Of a stretch of DNA of 64,000 nt, positions 1 through 9,571 are shown piece after piece. Position numbers and translations under genes: made by a program. The notes under the pieces are model-generated. The model had not been told where the DNA came from and did no database searches. It saw nothing but the letters and a program-made list of their open reading frames with translations. Position 1 is the stretch's first letter. Each line of letters starts with the position of its first letter. Origin of the DNA: Candidatus Latescibacterota bacterium (GTDB lineage Bacteria > Latescibacterota > UBA2968 > UBA8231); NCBI GenBank assembly GCA_965217585.1, contig OZ244561.1, forward strand, positions 5,376,001 through 5,440,000, written 5' to 3'.

Positions 1-577
1 CTGCGCTTGTTAGCGGTTCCCAAGCGCGGCGCACATCGGCGGCGGTAGGTTCCTCCACTCCCGTTGGATGGGCCCAGATGCCGCCGTTGTGGTAGCACAG
101 GACCGCGGCGTGTGCCCCGCGCTCGTGGATTAGGTGGTGCTCGCCGTCGATGGGCTGCCAGCCGTCGACGAAGGCCAATTCCGCCGCGGCCGCGATGAGT
201 GGCCCCCCGCGCCCCGGATGAATTAGGCGTAGCATGGCATTCAGGTATATTGACCCATCTACCCATGCCCAGGTCTCCTGCATGGCGTCTCCGAGGTGAA
301 TGCCGTCGGCATCGCACAGGCGCTGAACGGCGCGCAGCGCGAGGCGGTGGGGGCCTGCTTCCACTGGGATCAGACGAGGGTCTTGATCGGCCGCCGAGCA
401 GAGAGTGGCTCCCGCTAGGTGTGCGTGTATGGCGAAGCGACCGACCGGCAGCGACTCTCCGGCGACTAGCCGGGATATGGTCAGTCTGCCGCCCTCGTGC
501 CGGTCCCAAGCCAACACGAGCGGGCCGATGCGTCCGATCAAATTCTTTCCCTCGCGGGTGAATAGCCCAATGTCCAT
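1..577 (-). CDS. Hypothetical protein, runs off the left window edge (MDIGLFTREGKNLIGRIGPLVLAWDRHEGG...)
   Basis: Manual translation: ATG at 577 preceded by GAGGAG, open without stops to position 1. Absent from the ORF track because it has no stop in the window. Co-directional with the two upstream genes. Confidence 0.7.
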   Translation of the reverse strand, partial: MDIGLFTREGKNLIGRIGPLVLAWDRHEGGRLTISRLVAGESLPVGRFAIHAHLAGATLCSAADQDPRLIPVEAGPHRLALRAVQRLCDADGIHLGDAMQETWAWVDGSIYLNAMLRLIHPGRGGPLIAAAAELAFVDGWQPIDGEHHLIHERGAHAAVLCYHNGGIWAHPTGVEEPTAADVRRAWEPLTSA

Positions 578-626
578 TTTTAACGATCTCCTCGTCGGTG
601 CGAATAGATCGGCCGATCTGAGCGGT

Positions 627-1583
627 CTAGTACCCCTTCTTCTTATCGATGATATTGAGCACCGGTTCGCCCTTGAGGTAGCGCTCTAATTGGGCGCAGA
701 AGAACTCGTAGACTTTGCGCGGTCGGTGCTGTGAGGCTCCAGCCCGATGCGGGGTGAGGATGATGTTGGGCGCGTCCCACAGCGGAGATTCGGGGGGCAA
801 CGGCTCGACTTCGGTAACGTCGATACCGGCACCGGCGATCTGCCCGTCGTGCAGGGCCTCGCAGAGAGCATCCTCGTCAATGATGCCGCCCCGCGTCACG
901 TTGATCAGATAGGCGCTCTTCTTCATCTGCGCTAGTTCCTCACTCCCGATGAGGTGATAGGTCTCCTTGGTGAGCGGACAGGCCATCATCACCACGTCGG
1001 TGCGACGGAGGAGGTCGTGCAGGTTGTCGCGGGTGTTGTCCCTGAGCTCGGAAATGCCCGGCGGCAGGTCGCGGCGCACCGGGTCAATGGCGATGATCGG
1101 CATATCGTAGCCGGCAGCCCGCTTGGCCATTTCAATCCCAAAGCCCCCCAGTCCCACAAGGCCCAACGTTTGCCCGGTCAATTCGACAGTAGCGCCACCG
1201 GCCCACTTGCGCTGGTCGTTTTGGCGAATCGACTGATCGATGCCTCGGGTCAGGGCGAGGAGCAAGGCCCAGGCGTGTTCGCCGCCTTGGGGGGCGTATA
1301 GCCCGGCTACGTTGGAAATGGCGACTTCGTCGCGGGCGATAATTTCGGGGAAGAGGAATTTGTCCATGCCGGTGCTGAAGGACTGGACCCAGCGCAGGTT
1401 GGGGGCAGCGGCACAGACTGCGGGCGGGAAGTTGCCGACAATGATGTCGATCTCGCCGGCTACGGCGATGGCCTCTTGATCGTCGTGGGCCACAAAGACT
1501 TCGTGCCCGCCGTTTTCGCGCGCTATCTGGCGCAGACGGTCGTGCTGTTCGTCGGTGAATGGGTAGTGGACTAGGATCTTCAC
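627..1583 (-). CDS. D-2-hydroxyacid dehydrogenase (SerA/GhrA-like, NAD(P)-binding)
   Basis: GLGGFG Rossmann motif, INVTRGG, DVTEVEPLP, LTPHRAG. GTG start at 1583 after GGAGG. Confidence 0.9.
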   Translation of the reverse strand: MKILVHYPFTDEQHDRLRQIARENGGHEVFVAHDDQEAIAVAGEIDIIVGNFPPAVCAAAPNLRWVQSFSTGMDKFLFPEIIARDEVAISNVAGLYAPQGGEHAWALLLALTRGIDQSIRQNDQRKWAGGATVELTGQTLGLVGLGGFGIEMAKRAAGYDMPIIAIDPVRRDLPPGISELRDNTRDNLHDLLRRTDVVMMACPLTKETYHLIGSEELAQMKKSAYLINVTRGGIIDEDALCEALHDGQIAGAGIDVTEVEPLPPESPLWDAPNIILTPHRAGASQHRPRKVYEFFCAQLERYLKGEPVLNIIDKKKGY

Positions 1584-1596
1584 GCGAGCCTCCAAG

Positions 1597-2598
1597 CTAG
1601 GTTGAGAAGTGGGATAGGATGCGATCGATGCGATCGGCGAGCGATTGTTCTAGGCGCGGCCCGAAGCGGGTTACCACTTGCGCGGCAGCATAGCAGCCCA
1701 GACGCGCCGCGTCTAAGGGGCTGTACTCGTGGGACAGCCCGTAGAGCACGCCACCGGCAAAGAGATCACCGGCACCGTTGGTGTCGATAGCTTGCACGGG
1801 GACGCCGGGCACTTGGTAGTGGGTGCTGTCGGCGTACACTAGGGCACCGTCGGCTCCGCACGTTACGTAGGCCGTGCCGACTTGGGAAGCTAAGGCCGCG
1901 CCGGCTGTTTCGCGGTCGCTGATGCCGGTGCTGGCGAGGGCCTCCTCCTCGTTGCAGAAGAGCAGGTCTACGCCATACTGCAGGAGCGCGTCAAAGCGTG
2001 CCCGAAAGGCCCGGACGGCAAAGGGATCGCTCAGAGTCAGGGAGACGGCCGTGCCGTGCCGCTGGGCCATTTGCTGTGCTCGGCACGCAGCGGCAAAGCC
2101 GTCGTCCGAGCCGAGGAGATATCCTTCTATATAGATATACTGGCTGTCGGCGATGACCTCCTCTTGGAGCTGGGCCGGGCCGATGGCGCTGCTGATGCCC
2201 AAAAAGGTGTTGAGGGTGCGGTCGGCATCTGGCGTAATAAAAACCAAGCACTGGCCGGTCTTGCCTGCGCCGCGGCTGGCCGGATGAGTGGCCACGCCGG
2301 CTGCTTCGAGATCGCGCTGGTAAAAGTCGCCCCAAGCGTCGCGGCCGGTCAGGCAGGCATAATAGGTTCGGCCGCCAAAGCGGGCGACGCCGATGAGGGT
2401 ATTGGCCGCCGAGCCGCCCGAAGCCGAGGCGACCGGCTCGCCGCCGACCGCTGCTGTGAGGTTGCGCTGCCGCGCCTCATCGACGAGGGTCATAACCCCC
2501 TTTTCGATCTGGAGCTCGGCGAGGAACGCTGGGGCGACTTGATATTGGATGTCCACTAGAGCGTGGCCGACTCCATAGACGTCGTACGTGCGGGCCAT
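1597..2598 (-). CDS. PfkB-family carbohydrate/adenosine kinase
   Basis: SGGSAANT, FCNEEEA and DTNGAGDLFAGG PfkB signatures. Confidence 0.9.
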   Translation of the reverse strand: MARTYDVYGVGHALVDIQYQVAPAFLAELQIEKGVMTLVDEARQRNLTAAVGGEPVASASGGSAANTLIGVARFGGRTYYACLTGRDAWGDFYQRDLEAAGVATHPASRGAGKTGQCLVFITPDADRTLNTFLGISSAIGPAQLQEEVIADSQYIYIEGYLLGSDDGFAAACRAQQMAQRHGTAVSLTLSDPFAVRAFRARFDALLQYGVDLLFCNEEEALASTGISDRETAGAALASQVGTAYVTCGADGALVYADSTHYQVPGVPVQAIDTNGAGDLFAGGVLYGLSHEYSPLDAARLGCYAAAQVVTRFGPRLEQSLADRIDRILSHFST

Positions 2599-2677
2599 GG
2601 GCTTTCCTTCGGGTGGGAAATAGGCAAAATAACCTATTCGCTCATGGCTGCCAAAGAGGGAAGGGGCAAATCTTTTC

Positions 2678-2705
2678 TTGTTTTAATTCGCACTGCGAAT
2701 ATATT
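2678..2705 (+). promoter_or_regulatory. Putative sigma70 promoter for infC
   Basis: TTGTTT-16 nt-TATATT in the AT-rich intergenic region. Confidence 0.4.
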
Positions 2706-2758
2706 AAAACTTCTGCGGGAAACGCCCGCGCCTTCCACCCTTTACGGAGGTTGATGCA

Positions 2759-3280
2759 ATCGCAGCAAAGAAAAAGAGTTTTACGAGAGTAAACGATGAT
2801 ATTCGCGTGCCCCAAATTCGGCTCATCGGGTCCGATGGGGGGCAGGTGGGGATCATCGAAACGGCCCGTGCCTTGGCCATGGCGGAGGAAGCCAATCTCG
2901 ACCTAGTGGAAGTGGCCGCCGAAGCGCGCCCGCCGGTCTGCCGGATTATCGACTACGGTAAGTTCCGCTACGACCAAGAGAAAAAGGCCAAGGAAGCGCG
3001 CAAGAAGCAGCAAAACGTGCAGATGAAGGGCATTCGCATCGCCGGAGCCAATATCTCCGAACACGACCTTGAATACCGGATGGGCCACATCCGCACGTTT
3101 ATCGAAAAGGGGAACCGGGTCAAAGTCAGCGTCCGCTTCAAAGGGCGGCAGATGGCCTATCAGGAACGGGGGCACCAGCTACTGCAAGAGTTGGCTGCCA
3201 AGCTCGAGGATGTGGCCGTCGTTGATCAGAATCCCAAAATGGAGGGCCGCGAAATGTCACTCATTCTCAGGCCCCTCTGA
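2759..3280 (+). CDS. infC: Translation initiation factor IF-3 (probable non-canonical ATC start)
   Basis: RVNDDIRVPQIRLIG, DLVEVA, PPVCRIIDYGKFRY, VRFKGRQ. GGAGG at 2746-2750 lies 8 nt before an in-frame ATC at 2759. Confidence 0.95.
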   Translation: MAAKKKSFTRVNDDIRVPQIRLIGSDGGQVGIIETARALAMAEEANLDLVEVAAEARPPVCRIIDYGKFRYDQEKKAKEARKKQQNVQMKGIRIAGANISEHDLEYRMGHIRTFIEKGNRVKVSVRFKGRQMAYQERGHQLLQELAAKLEDVAVVDQNPKMEGREMSLILRPL

Positions 3281-3298
3281 GGTTGGTCTAGAGCGCGC

Positions 3299-3341
3299 AA
3301 AAAGGCCGGTGTCCGCACTGCGGGCGTCGGCCTTTTTTATT
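3299..3341. terminator. Bidirectional intrinsic terminator between infC and the convergent phyH-like gene
   Basis: AAAAAGGCCGGTGTCCGCA / TGCGGGCGTCGGCCTTTTTT stem with A and T tracts on either side. Confidence 0.8.
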
Positions 3342-3420
3342 CGCGCTCTTCCGCCGCTGCCCGCCTTGCCTAAAGGGTTTTGGCACTTAGGGATAGAACT
3401 CTTTTTTTAGAGCGGTTGCT

Positions 3421-4221
3421 TCAGGAGGAGACTAGCATGTGTTCGGCTGCGCCATCGAGGCCGGCGATGACCGGGAAGGACTTCGACCGCGGGCCGTTGG
3501 CACCGGGTGTGTAGCGCACATGCGGTGAGAAATAGGCGTAGAGCGCGGTGTTGCGCGAGCGGTCCGTCTGGTTGGGGCCAGAACCGTGGACCATCAAGCT
3601 GTGGAACAGCACGGCAGACCCGGCCGCAAGCGGCACGTCGATCTGGCGCGAGCGGTCGATGTCCTCGCGGCTAGTCAGCGGTGCCCCTTGCTGTTGGGCG
3701 ATGTGGCCCCATTCCTGCAAGCCCCAATGGTGGCTACCGGGAATGACCTTAATGCAGCCGTTGTCCGGGGTGGCGTCGTCGAGGGCGATACTCGCGGTCA
3801 CGAGAGCGGGAGGCTCCATTGGCCAATAAGCCGAGTCTTGGTGCAGGGCGTGGGCCGAGCCGTGGAAGGCGGGCTTGAGCATTAGGGTACTCCGGAAGAG
3901 GAGCAGGTCGTCCCCGAGGAGCGATTGCACGGTGGCGACGAGGTGGGGATGGGCCGCGAGTTGGGCAAAGCACGGCGATAGAGCGCGAGTGTTCTCGATT
4001 TTGCGCAGCACCGGCAGGCCGTCGCGGTTTTGATCCTTAGAAAAAGGCTCGCGCTGAAAGTGACTGCTGAACGGGTCTTGGCGGTCTTCTAGGTCGGCGG
4101 CTAGTTGGTGCAGGCGTTGGATCTCGCGCTGGCATTCGGCGACCTCGCGGCCGTTGAGCAGGTCGGGGACGATTAAGTAGCCCTGCTGCTCGAAAAAGGC
4201 TCGCTGCTTGTGTGGGTCCAT
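3421..4221 (-). CDS. Phytanoyl-CoA dioxygenase (PhyH) family Fe(II)/2-oxoglutarate dioxygenase
   Basis: FFEQQGYL, HQD (HxD) motif, DDATPDNGCIKVIPGSH, VHGSGPN..R. Confidence 0.9.
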   Translation of the reverse strand: MDPHKQRAFFEQQGYLIVPDLLNGREVAECQREIQRLHQLAADLEDRQDPFSSHFQREPFSKDQNRDGLPVLRKIENTRALSPCFAQLAAHPHLVATVQSLLGDDLLLFRSTLMLKPAFHGSAHALHQDSAYWPMEPPALVTASIALDDATPDNGCIKVIPGSHHWGLQEWGHIAQQQGAPLTSREDIDRSRQIDVPLAAGSAVLFHSLMVHGSGPNQTDRSRNTALYAYFSPHVRYTPGANGPRSKSFPVIAGLDGAAEHMLVSS

Positions 4222-4303
4222 GCGGCACTCCCGCTGTTGAGGTGATAACCCGCTAAGTGTACACTGGCCGCCGACTAGGTGTCAACCGGCCCATAGCGAA
4301 CGT

Positions 4304-6043
4304 ATGAAGCGATTTTTTCCATTTATATGCTGGCTGCCCGAACTCGGCCAGCCGGGCGTCTTGCGTGCCGATTTGATCGCGGGCCTCACCGTAGCGACGA
4401 TCCTCGTGCCCCAGGCCATGGCCTACGCCGAGTTGGCGGGGCTGCCGCCGGTCTATGGACTATACGCGGCCTTTCTGCCGCCGGCCGTAGCCGCGCTCTT
4501 TGGCTCTTCCCGGCATTTGTCCACCGGCCCGGTGGCCATAGCTTCGCTCATCAGCGCGACGACCGTGCAAGGGCTTGCTCCCGAGGGCGGCGAGCTATAT
4601 ATCGCCTATTCGCTGGTCTTGGGCTTGCTCGTCGGTCTGATACGGATCGCCTTGGGCGTGTTGCGGTTGGGTTTGCTGATTGACCTGCTGTCCGGCCCGG
4701 TGGTCGTCGGCTTTACCAATGCCGCGGCCTTTATCATCGCCATTTCCCAATTGCACAAGGTATTCGGTGTGGAGCCTCAACAGGGGGGGCATTTGCTGGC
4801 GGCCCTCCGCGTCATCGACGTGGCGCTATTAGAGGTCCATTGGCCGACGCTGGGGATGGCGGCGTTGGCCGGAGGGCTGCTGGTGGTTTTGCGCCGCGTG
4901 CGCTGGGAGCTGCCGAGCATGTTGACGACGCTGCTGGTCACCACACTCGTCTCTTGGCTGGTCGGATTTAGCGGGGAAGTGGTCGGCGAGGTCCCGCGCG
5001 GTTTGCCGCGGCCTTTGGTGCCGGCCCTAGACGCGGAGATCCTATCCCAGCTTTTCGTGGGGGCCTTGACCTTGACACTGCTCGGCCTGATGGAGGCCAT
5101 GGCCATTGCCAAGACCCTTGCCGCACGGACGCGACAGCATCTCGATATCAATCGGGAACTCATCGGCCAAGGCATGGCTAACGTGATCGGCGGGCTTTTC
5201 CAAAGCTATGCGACTTCGGGCTCGTTCTCGCGGTCGGCCGTCAACTACCAAAGCGGGGCACGGACGGGTTTTGCGTCGGTCGTGGCGTCGCTGGTCATCG
5301 CCGCGACGCTGCTCTGGCTCACGCCGCTGTTGTACTATCTGCCGCAAGCGACTCTCGCCGTTGTTATCATCACCGCGGTGTTCGGCTTGGTGCGCATCCA
5401 GCCCCTAGTGACAGCTTGGCGCATTAAATTCCACGACGGGTTGATTGGGGCCGCGACTTTTGTCGGCACGCTGGTCTTGGCACCGGACCTGCACTTGGGG
5501 GTTGGCCTTGGGGTGGGGGCTTCGCTGGTACTCAACTTCTACCGCACCATGCGGCCCCGCGTGGTTCTTCTCGCTCGGCACCTCGACGGCACGATGCGCG
5601 AGAGCGACGCGGGCCTGAGGCCGGATCAGCAGATCGCGATTATGCGCTTTGACGGCCAACTGTACTTTGGGTCTGGCCGTTATTTTGAGGACAAGGTACT
5701 CGAAACGATCGCTTCGGCACCCGAACTGAGGTACTTGATTCTCGATGCAGACGGAATCAATCGGATCGACGCTTCTGGCGAACAGGCGTTGCGCAACGTG
5801 GTTGAACGCCTGCGCGAAGTTGGGCTGGACCTATATTTCACGCGGGCGAAACGGCAGCTTACCGACGCGCTGGAGCGGTCGAGGCTGATGGAGCAGATTG
5901 GCCGCGATCACTTTTTTCGCTGGAATCAACACGCGCTCGAGTTCTTGTGGGCGCGGCTCCATCCCGATTACAAGGCGCGGTGTCCACTCAATGTGCCTCA
6001 CGCCCAAGAGTATAGGGACCGGGAAATCCAGTACTATATATAG
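4304..6043 (+). CDS. SulP/SLC26 family anion transporter with STAS domain
   Basis: DLIAGLTVA..VPQAMAYA, GLYAA, FGSSRHLSTGP, GSFSRSAVN, C-terminal STAS (LYFG...IDASG). Confidence 0.92.
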   Translation: MKRFFPFICWLPELGQPGVLRADLIAGLTVATILVPQAMAYAELAGLPPVYGLYAAFLPPAVAALFGSSRHLSTGPVAIASLISATTVQGLAPEGGELYIAYSLVLGLLVGLIRIALGVLRLGLLIDLLSGPVVVGFTNAAAFIIAISQLHKVFGVEPQQGGHLLAALRVIDVALLEVHWPTLGMAALAGGLLVVLRRVRWELPSMLTTLLVTTLVSWLVGFSGEVVGEVPRGLPRPLVPALDAEILSQLFVGALTLTLLGLMEAMAIAKTLAARTRQHLDINRELIGQGMANVIGGLFQSYATSGSFSRSAVNYQSGARTGFASVVASLVIAATLLWLTPLLYYLPQATLAVVIITAVFGLVRIQPLVTAWRIKFHDGLIGAATFVGTLVLAPDLHLGVGLGVGASLVLNFYRTMRPRVVLLARHLDGTMRESDAGLRPDQQIAIMRFDGQLYFGSGRYFEDKVLETIASAPELRYLILDADGINRIDASGEQALRNVVERLREVGLDLYFTRAKRQLTDALERSRLMEQIGRDHFFRWNQHALEFLWARLHPDYKARCPLNVPHAQEYRDREIQYYI

Positions 6044-6050
6044 AAGAGAA

Positions 6051-6383
6051 TCAGAACCGCTTGGTGTCTGTGGCGGGGGGATCGTCTGTGGCGGGGGGAT
6101 CGTCGGACAGCAACTGGGTGAAGGAGTCGATGCGGGCATCGGCTCTGTTGATCAGCGCGTCTTTGTGCTGGCGGGCGCGGATCACTTCTTCGGCGATATC
6201 GAGCGCGGCCAAGATGGCGATATCGAGCGCGGCTCGGGATCCGACCCTAGCGGCGGTCTGCTGCATCTTCTCGTCGAGATAGGCCGCAGCGAGCCGAATG
6301 TACTCGGGGTCTTGGCCCTCGCTGTTGACGAGCTGATAGGTCTGATTATAGATGCGGACAGCGACAGGTTGTTGTTGTGACAT
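6051..6383 (-). CDS. zapA: Cell division protein ZapA
   Basis: VAVRIYNQTYQL, YIRLAAAYLDEKM, IAILAALDIAEE. Confidence 0.85.
   Translation of the reverse strand: MSQQQPVAVRIYNQTYQLVNSEGQDPEYIRLAAAYLDEKMQQTAARVGSRAALDIAILAALDIAEEVIRARQHKDALINRADARIDSFTQLLSDDPPATDDPPATDTKRF
6066..6104. repeat. 18-bp tandem duplication (GTCTGTGGCGGGGGGATC x2) encoding DDPPAT x2 at the ZapA C-terminus
   Basis: Exact copies at 6066-6083 and 6084-6101. Confidence 0.9.
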
Positions 6384-6475
6384 GAGATTTTGTGAAATAA
6401 AAAGTGGAGACTTCCGCGATCTCCCCTTGTCCCGGAAGCCCCCTCTTTTGCGCGCTAACCACGTGGCAACTAACC

Positions 6476-6504
6476 AATCTATTGGGGTCGAAAATGTTTG
6501 TCAA
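6476..6504 (-). promoter_or_regulatory. sigma70 promoter upstream of zapA
   Basis: Minus strand TTGACA (6504-6499), 17 nt, TAGATT (6481-6476). Confidence 0.7.
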
Positions 6505-6695
6505 CTACATATTGGATATTTTTTTAGAAAAATGAAAAACAAGTTTTCATAAAAATGAGGAACTCGGCCAGTGCGGGAATTTGACGGCCCGTAGAGTGCG
6601 TTCTTAGTTATTGAGATGTCTCTACCAAGTGACCAAAGTGCGCACCAGTCCTCTTTAAGGCGAAGAAGAAGCGCACAATCGATCAATGCCTAAGA

Positions 6696-9551
6696 ATGGA
6701 TAGAAATACATTGGAGATGGCCTTGCAGCAGGCCATCCAAGGCGAAGTGCGCTTTGACGCTGTTTCGCGCATGCTCTACCGCACCGACGCCAGCATCTAC
6801 GAGATGGAGCCCCTAGGGCTGGTCGTGCCCAAAGACGAGGCCGATGTGGTCGCCGTGGTAAAAATTGCCGCCGAGCAGGGGGCGGCTGTATTGCCGCGGG
6901 GCGGCGGTACGAGTTTGGCGGGCCAGTCAGTGGGTGCCGCGGTCCATCTCGACTTTTCCAAATACATGAACCGGATCTTGGAGTTCGACCCGGACGAGTG
7001 CTGGGTTCGGGTCCAGCCAGGCTTGGTGCTCGATGAGCTCAATGCCTACTTGCAGCCCTACGGCCTGATTTTCGCGCCCGATGTATCCACGAGTAGCCGG
7101 GCCAATATCGGCGGGATGATCGGCAACAATTCTTGCGGTGCGCACTCTATTATATACGGCAAGACCATCGACCACGTACAGGAGCTAAAGGTGGTACTGG
7201 CCGATGGCTCGCAAGCGGTATTCGGGCCGCTAGACGACGAGGAGTGCGAACTCCGCGCGAGCTTGGACAGCCTCGAAGGTCGCATTTACCGCGAAGTTCG
7301 CCGCATCGTCCGCGAGCGCGAAACGCAGATCCGCACAGGCTTTCCCCAAGTGATGCGCCGCGTCTCGGGCTACAATCTCGACGAGTTCATCGACGGCGCT
7401 CCCTTTGACCTGAGCAAGCTGGTCGTCGGCTCGGAGGGCACGCTCTGCGCGGTCGTCGAAGCGCGGTTGAACTTAGTGGAGCTGCCCGCGCACAAGGGCT
7501 TGGTGGCCGTCCACTTCCACGACTTAGTCGAGGCCACGGAGGCCAATTTGGCCGCGTTGGAGACCTCGCCAGTCGCCAGCGAGCTGATGGACGACATCCT
7601 GCTCGACCAGACCAAGGACTCCAGCGAACACGCCCCGGGTCGCCGCTTTTTGCGGGGCGACCCAGCCGCCCTGCTCGTCGTCGAGTACTACGCGGACTCG
7701 GCCACCGAGCTGGGCCGCAAGCTGGACGGATTGGAAGAACGATTGCGGGAGCGCGGGATGGGCTACGCTTGGGTGCGGTCCGTCGATCCGGCAGACCAGC
7801 AGGCGATTTGGGGGATACGCAAGGCCGGATTGGGACTTTTGATGGGCATGAAGGGCGACCCCAAACCCCAGCCAGGGGTGGAGGATACCTGCGTCCCGGT
7901 GGCCAAGCTGCCCGAGTACGTCCGCCGGGTGGTCGCGCTGATGGCGGAATTGGGGATTGAGGCCGAATTCTATGGGCATGCGAGCGTCGGCCTGTTGCAC
8001 ATCCGGCCGATCTTCAACCTCAAAGCCCCCGAGGGTATAAAGCTCCTGCGCCAGATCGAGGAGCGGATGAGCGATATGGTGCGCGAATACGGCGGAGCCA
8101 TGTCGGGCGAGCACGGCGATGGCTTGGCCCGCAGCGAGTGGATCGCCAAGATGTTTGGCCCGGAGTTGGTCGCGGCTTTTGTCGAGGTTAAGGACGCCTT
8201 TGATCCACAGGGAATTATGAACCCCGGCAAAATCACTCGCCCCCCTCGGATGGACGAGAACCTGCGCTACCACGAGGATTATCAGACGCCCAAGGTGGAG
8301 ACGTTTTTCAGCTTTAGCGAGGCGGGCGGCTTTCAGGAAGCCGTTGAAATGTGCTCCGGGGTGGGCCACTGTCGCAAAAAGCTGGTGGGCACGATGTGCC
8401 CTTCGTACATGGCGACTTTAGACGAAGAACACACCACCCGCGGCCGGGCCAATGCCCTGCGCGCCGCGCTCGCCGGTACGTTGCCCGACGGCCTGCACAG
8501 CCAAGAGGTCCACCGCGTGATGGACCTCTGCTTGGAGTGCAAAGCCTGCAAGACCGAGTGCCCGTCGAGCGTGGATATGGCCAAGCTCAAGTACGAATTT
8601 CTCGCTCACTACCATCGCGAACACGGCTATCCGTTGCGGTCGCGGCTCTTTGCCGACATAGCCCGCATTAGCCGCTTGGGATCGGCGTTGGCACCGCTGT
8701 CGAATTGGATAGGTCGCAGCGGGTTCAACCGCTGGCTGTTGGATGCGTTTTTGGGCATTGACCGGCGGCGGCGGCTACCGGCCTTTGCCCGCCAGCCGTT
8801 TTCGCGCTGGTTCGCCGGGCGGCGTCCGGCTCGCGGCTCCAAGGGCCGCGTCGTGCTCTTCAACGACACCTTCGTCGAGTACAACGAGCCGGCCATTGGC
8901 ATGGCGGCGACGATCATCTTGGAGCGCACCGGGTACGAGGTTGCCTTGGTCGCCAACAAGGTATGTTGCGGTCGGCCGCTCATATCCAAGGGCTTTCTCG
9001 ACCGCGCTCGTGCCTTGGCACAGCGCAATGTGGAGGTGCTCGCGCCTTGGGCTGCGGAAGGGGTGCCGATCATCGGGCTGGAGCCGAGCTGCGCGTCGGC
9101 TCTCAGCGACGATTACCTAGACTTAGTTGACGATCCACAAAGCCGACTCGTGGCTGAGCAGGTCGTCTTGCTCGAGGACTTTCTCGTCCGCGAGTCTCCG
9201 CTAGATTTGGAGTTTACCTCGACTATCCGCCATATTTTGGTGCATGGCCACTGCCATCAAAAGGCCCTGACGGGAACGGCCGCGACATTGGCCGTGCTCA
9301 ACATGCCGCCCTACTTTCGCGCCGAGGAGATCCCGTCGGGTTGCTGTGGTATGGCCGGTAGTTTCGGCTATGAGAAGGAGCACTTTGAAATATCGCGCGC
9401 GGTGGGGCAGGAGCGGCTTTTTGCCGTGCTAGAAGCGGCAGCGGAGGACGTGGAGATCGCGGCTGTAGGCACCTCGTGCCGCCACCAGATTGCCGATTTT
9501 ACCGGGCGTCGGGCGCGACATTGGGCCGAGATTTTCGTCGAAGCACTATAA
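6696..9551 (+). CDS. FAD-binding and 4Fe-4S oxidoreductase (GlcD/GlcF-type fusion, D-lactate/2-hydroxyacid dehydrogenase-like)
   Basis: PRGGGTSLAGQ, GSEGTL, SGEHGDG, MNPGK, CSGVGHC, CLECKACKTECP, CCG motifs. Confidence 0.9.
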   Translation: MDRNTLEMALQQAIQGEVRFDAVSRMLYRTDASIYEMEPLGLVVPKDEADVVAVVKIAAEQGAAVLPRGGGTSLAGQSVGAAVHLDFSKYMNRILEFDPDECWVRVQPGLVLDELNAYLQPYGLIFAPDVSTSSRANIGGMIGNNSCGAHSIIYGKTIDHVQELKVVLADGSQAVFGPLDDEECELRASLDSLEGRIYREVRRIVRERETQIRTGFPQVMRRVSGYNLDEFIDGAPFDLSKLVVGSEGTLCAVVEARLNLVELPAHKGLVAVHFHDLVEATEANLAALETSPVASELMDDILLDQTKDSSEHAPGRRFLRGDPAALLVVEYYADSATELGRKLDGLEERLRERGMGYAWVRSVDPADQQAIWGIRKAGLGLLMGMKGDPKPQPGVEDTCVPVAKLPEYVRRVVALMAELGIEAEFYGHASVGLLHIRPIFNLKAPEGIKLLRQIEERMSDMVREYGGAMSGEHGDGLARSEWIAKMFGPELVAAFVEVKDAFDPQGIMNPGKITRPPRMDENLRYHEDYQTPKVETFFSFSEAGGFQEAVEMCSGVGHCRKKLVGTMCPSYMATLDEEHTTRGRANALRAALAGTLPDGLHSQEVHRVMDLCLECKACKTECPSSVDMAKLKYEFLAHYHREHGYPLRSRLFADIARISRLGSALAPLSNWIGRSGFNRWLLDAFLGIDRRRRLPAFARQPFSRWFAGRRPARGSKGRVVLFNDTFVEYNEPAIGMAATIILERTGYEVALVANKVCCGRPLISKGFLDRARALAQRNVEVLAPWAAEGVPIIGLEPSCASALSDDYLDLVDDPQSRLVAEQVVLLEDFLVRESPLDLEFTSTIRHILVHGHCHQKALTGTAATLAVLNMPPYFRAEEIPSGCCGMAGSFGYEKEHFEISRAVGQERLFAVLEAAAEDVEIAAVGTSCRHQIADFTGRRARHWAEIFVEAL

Positions 9552-9571
9552 CGCCAAGCGAAAGGGGTTCT

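Noticed and set aside
199-689. Plus-strand ORFs 199-561 and 405-689
   Set aside because: Shadows of the minus-strand CDS 1-577, which has a proper RBS.
6043-6051. 6S RNA expected downstream of zapA
   Set aside because: Only 7 nt separate zapA from the convergent sulP gene, leaving no room.
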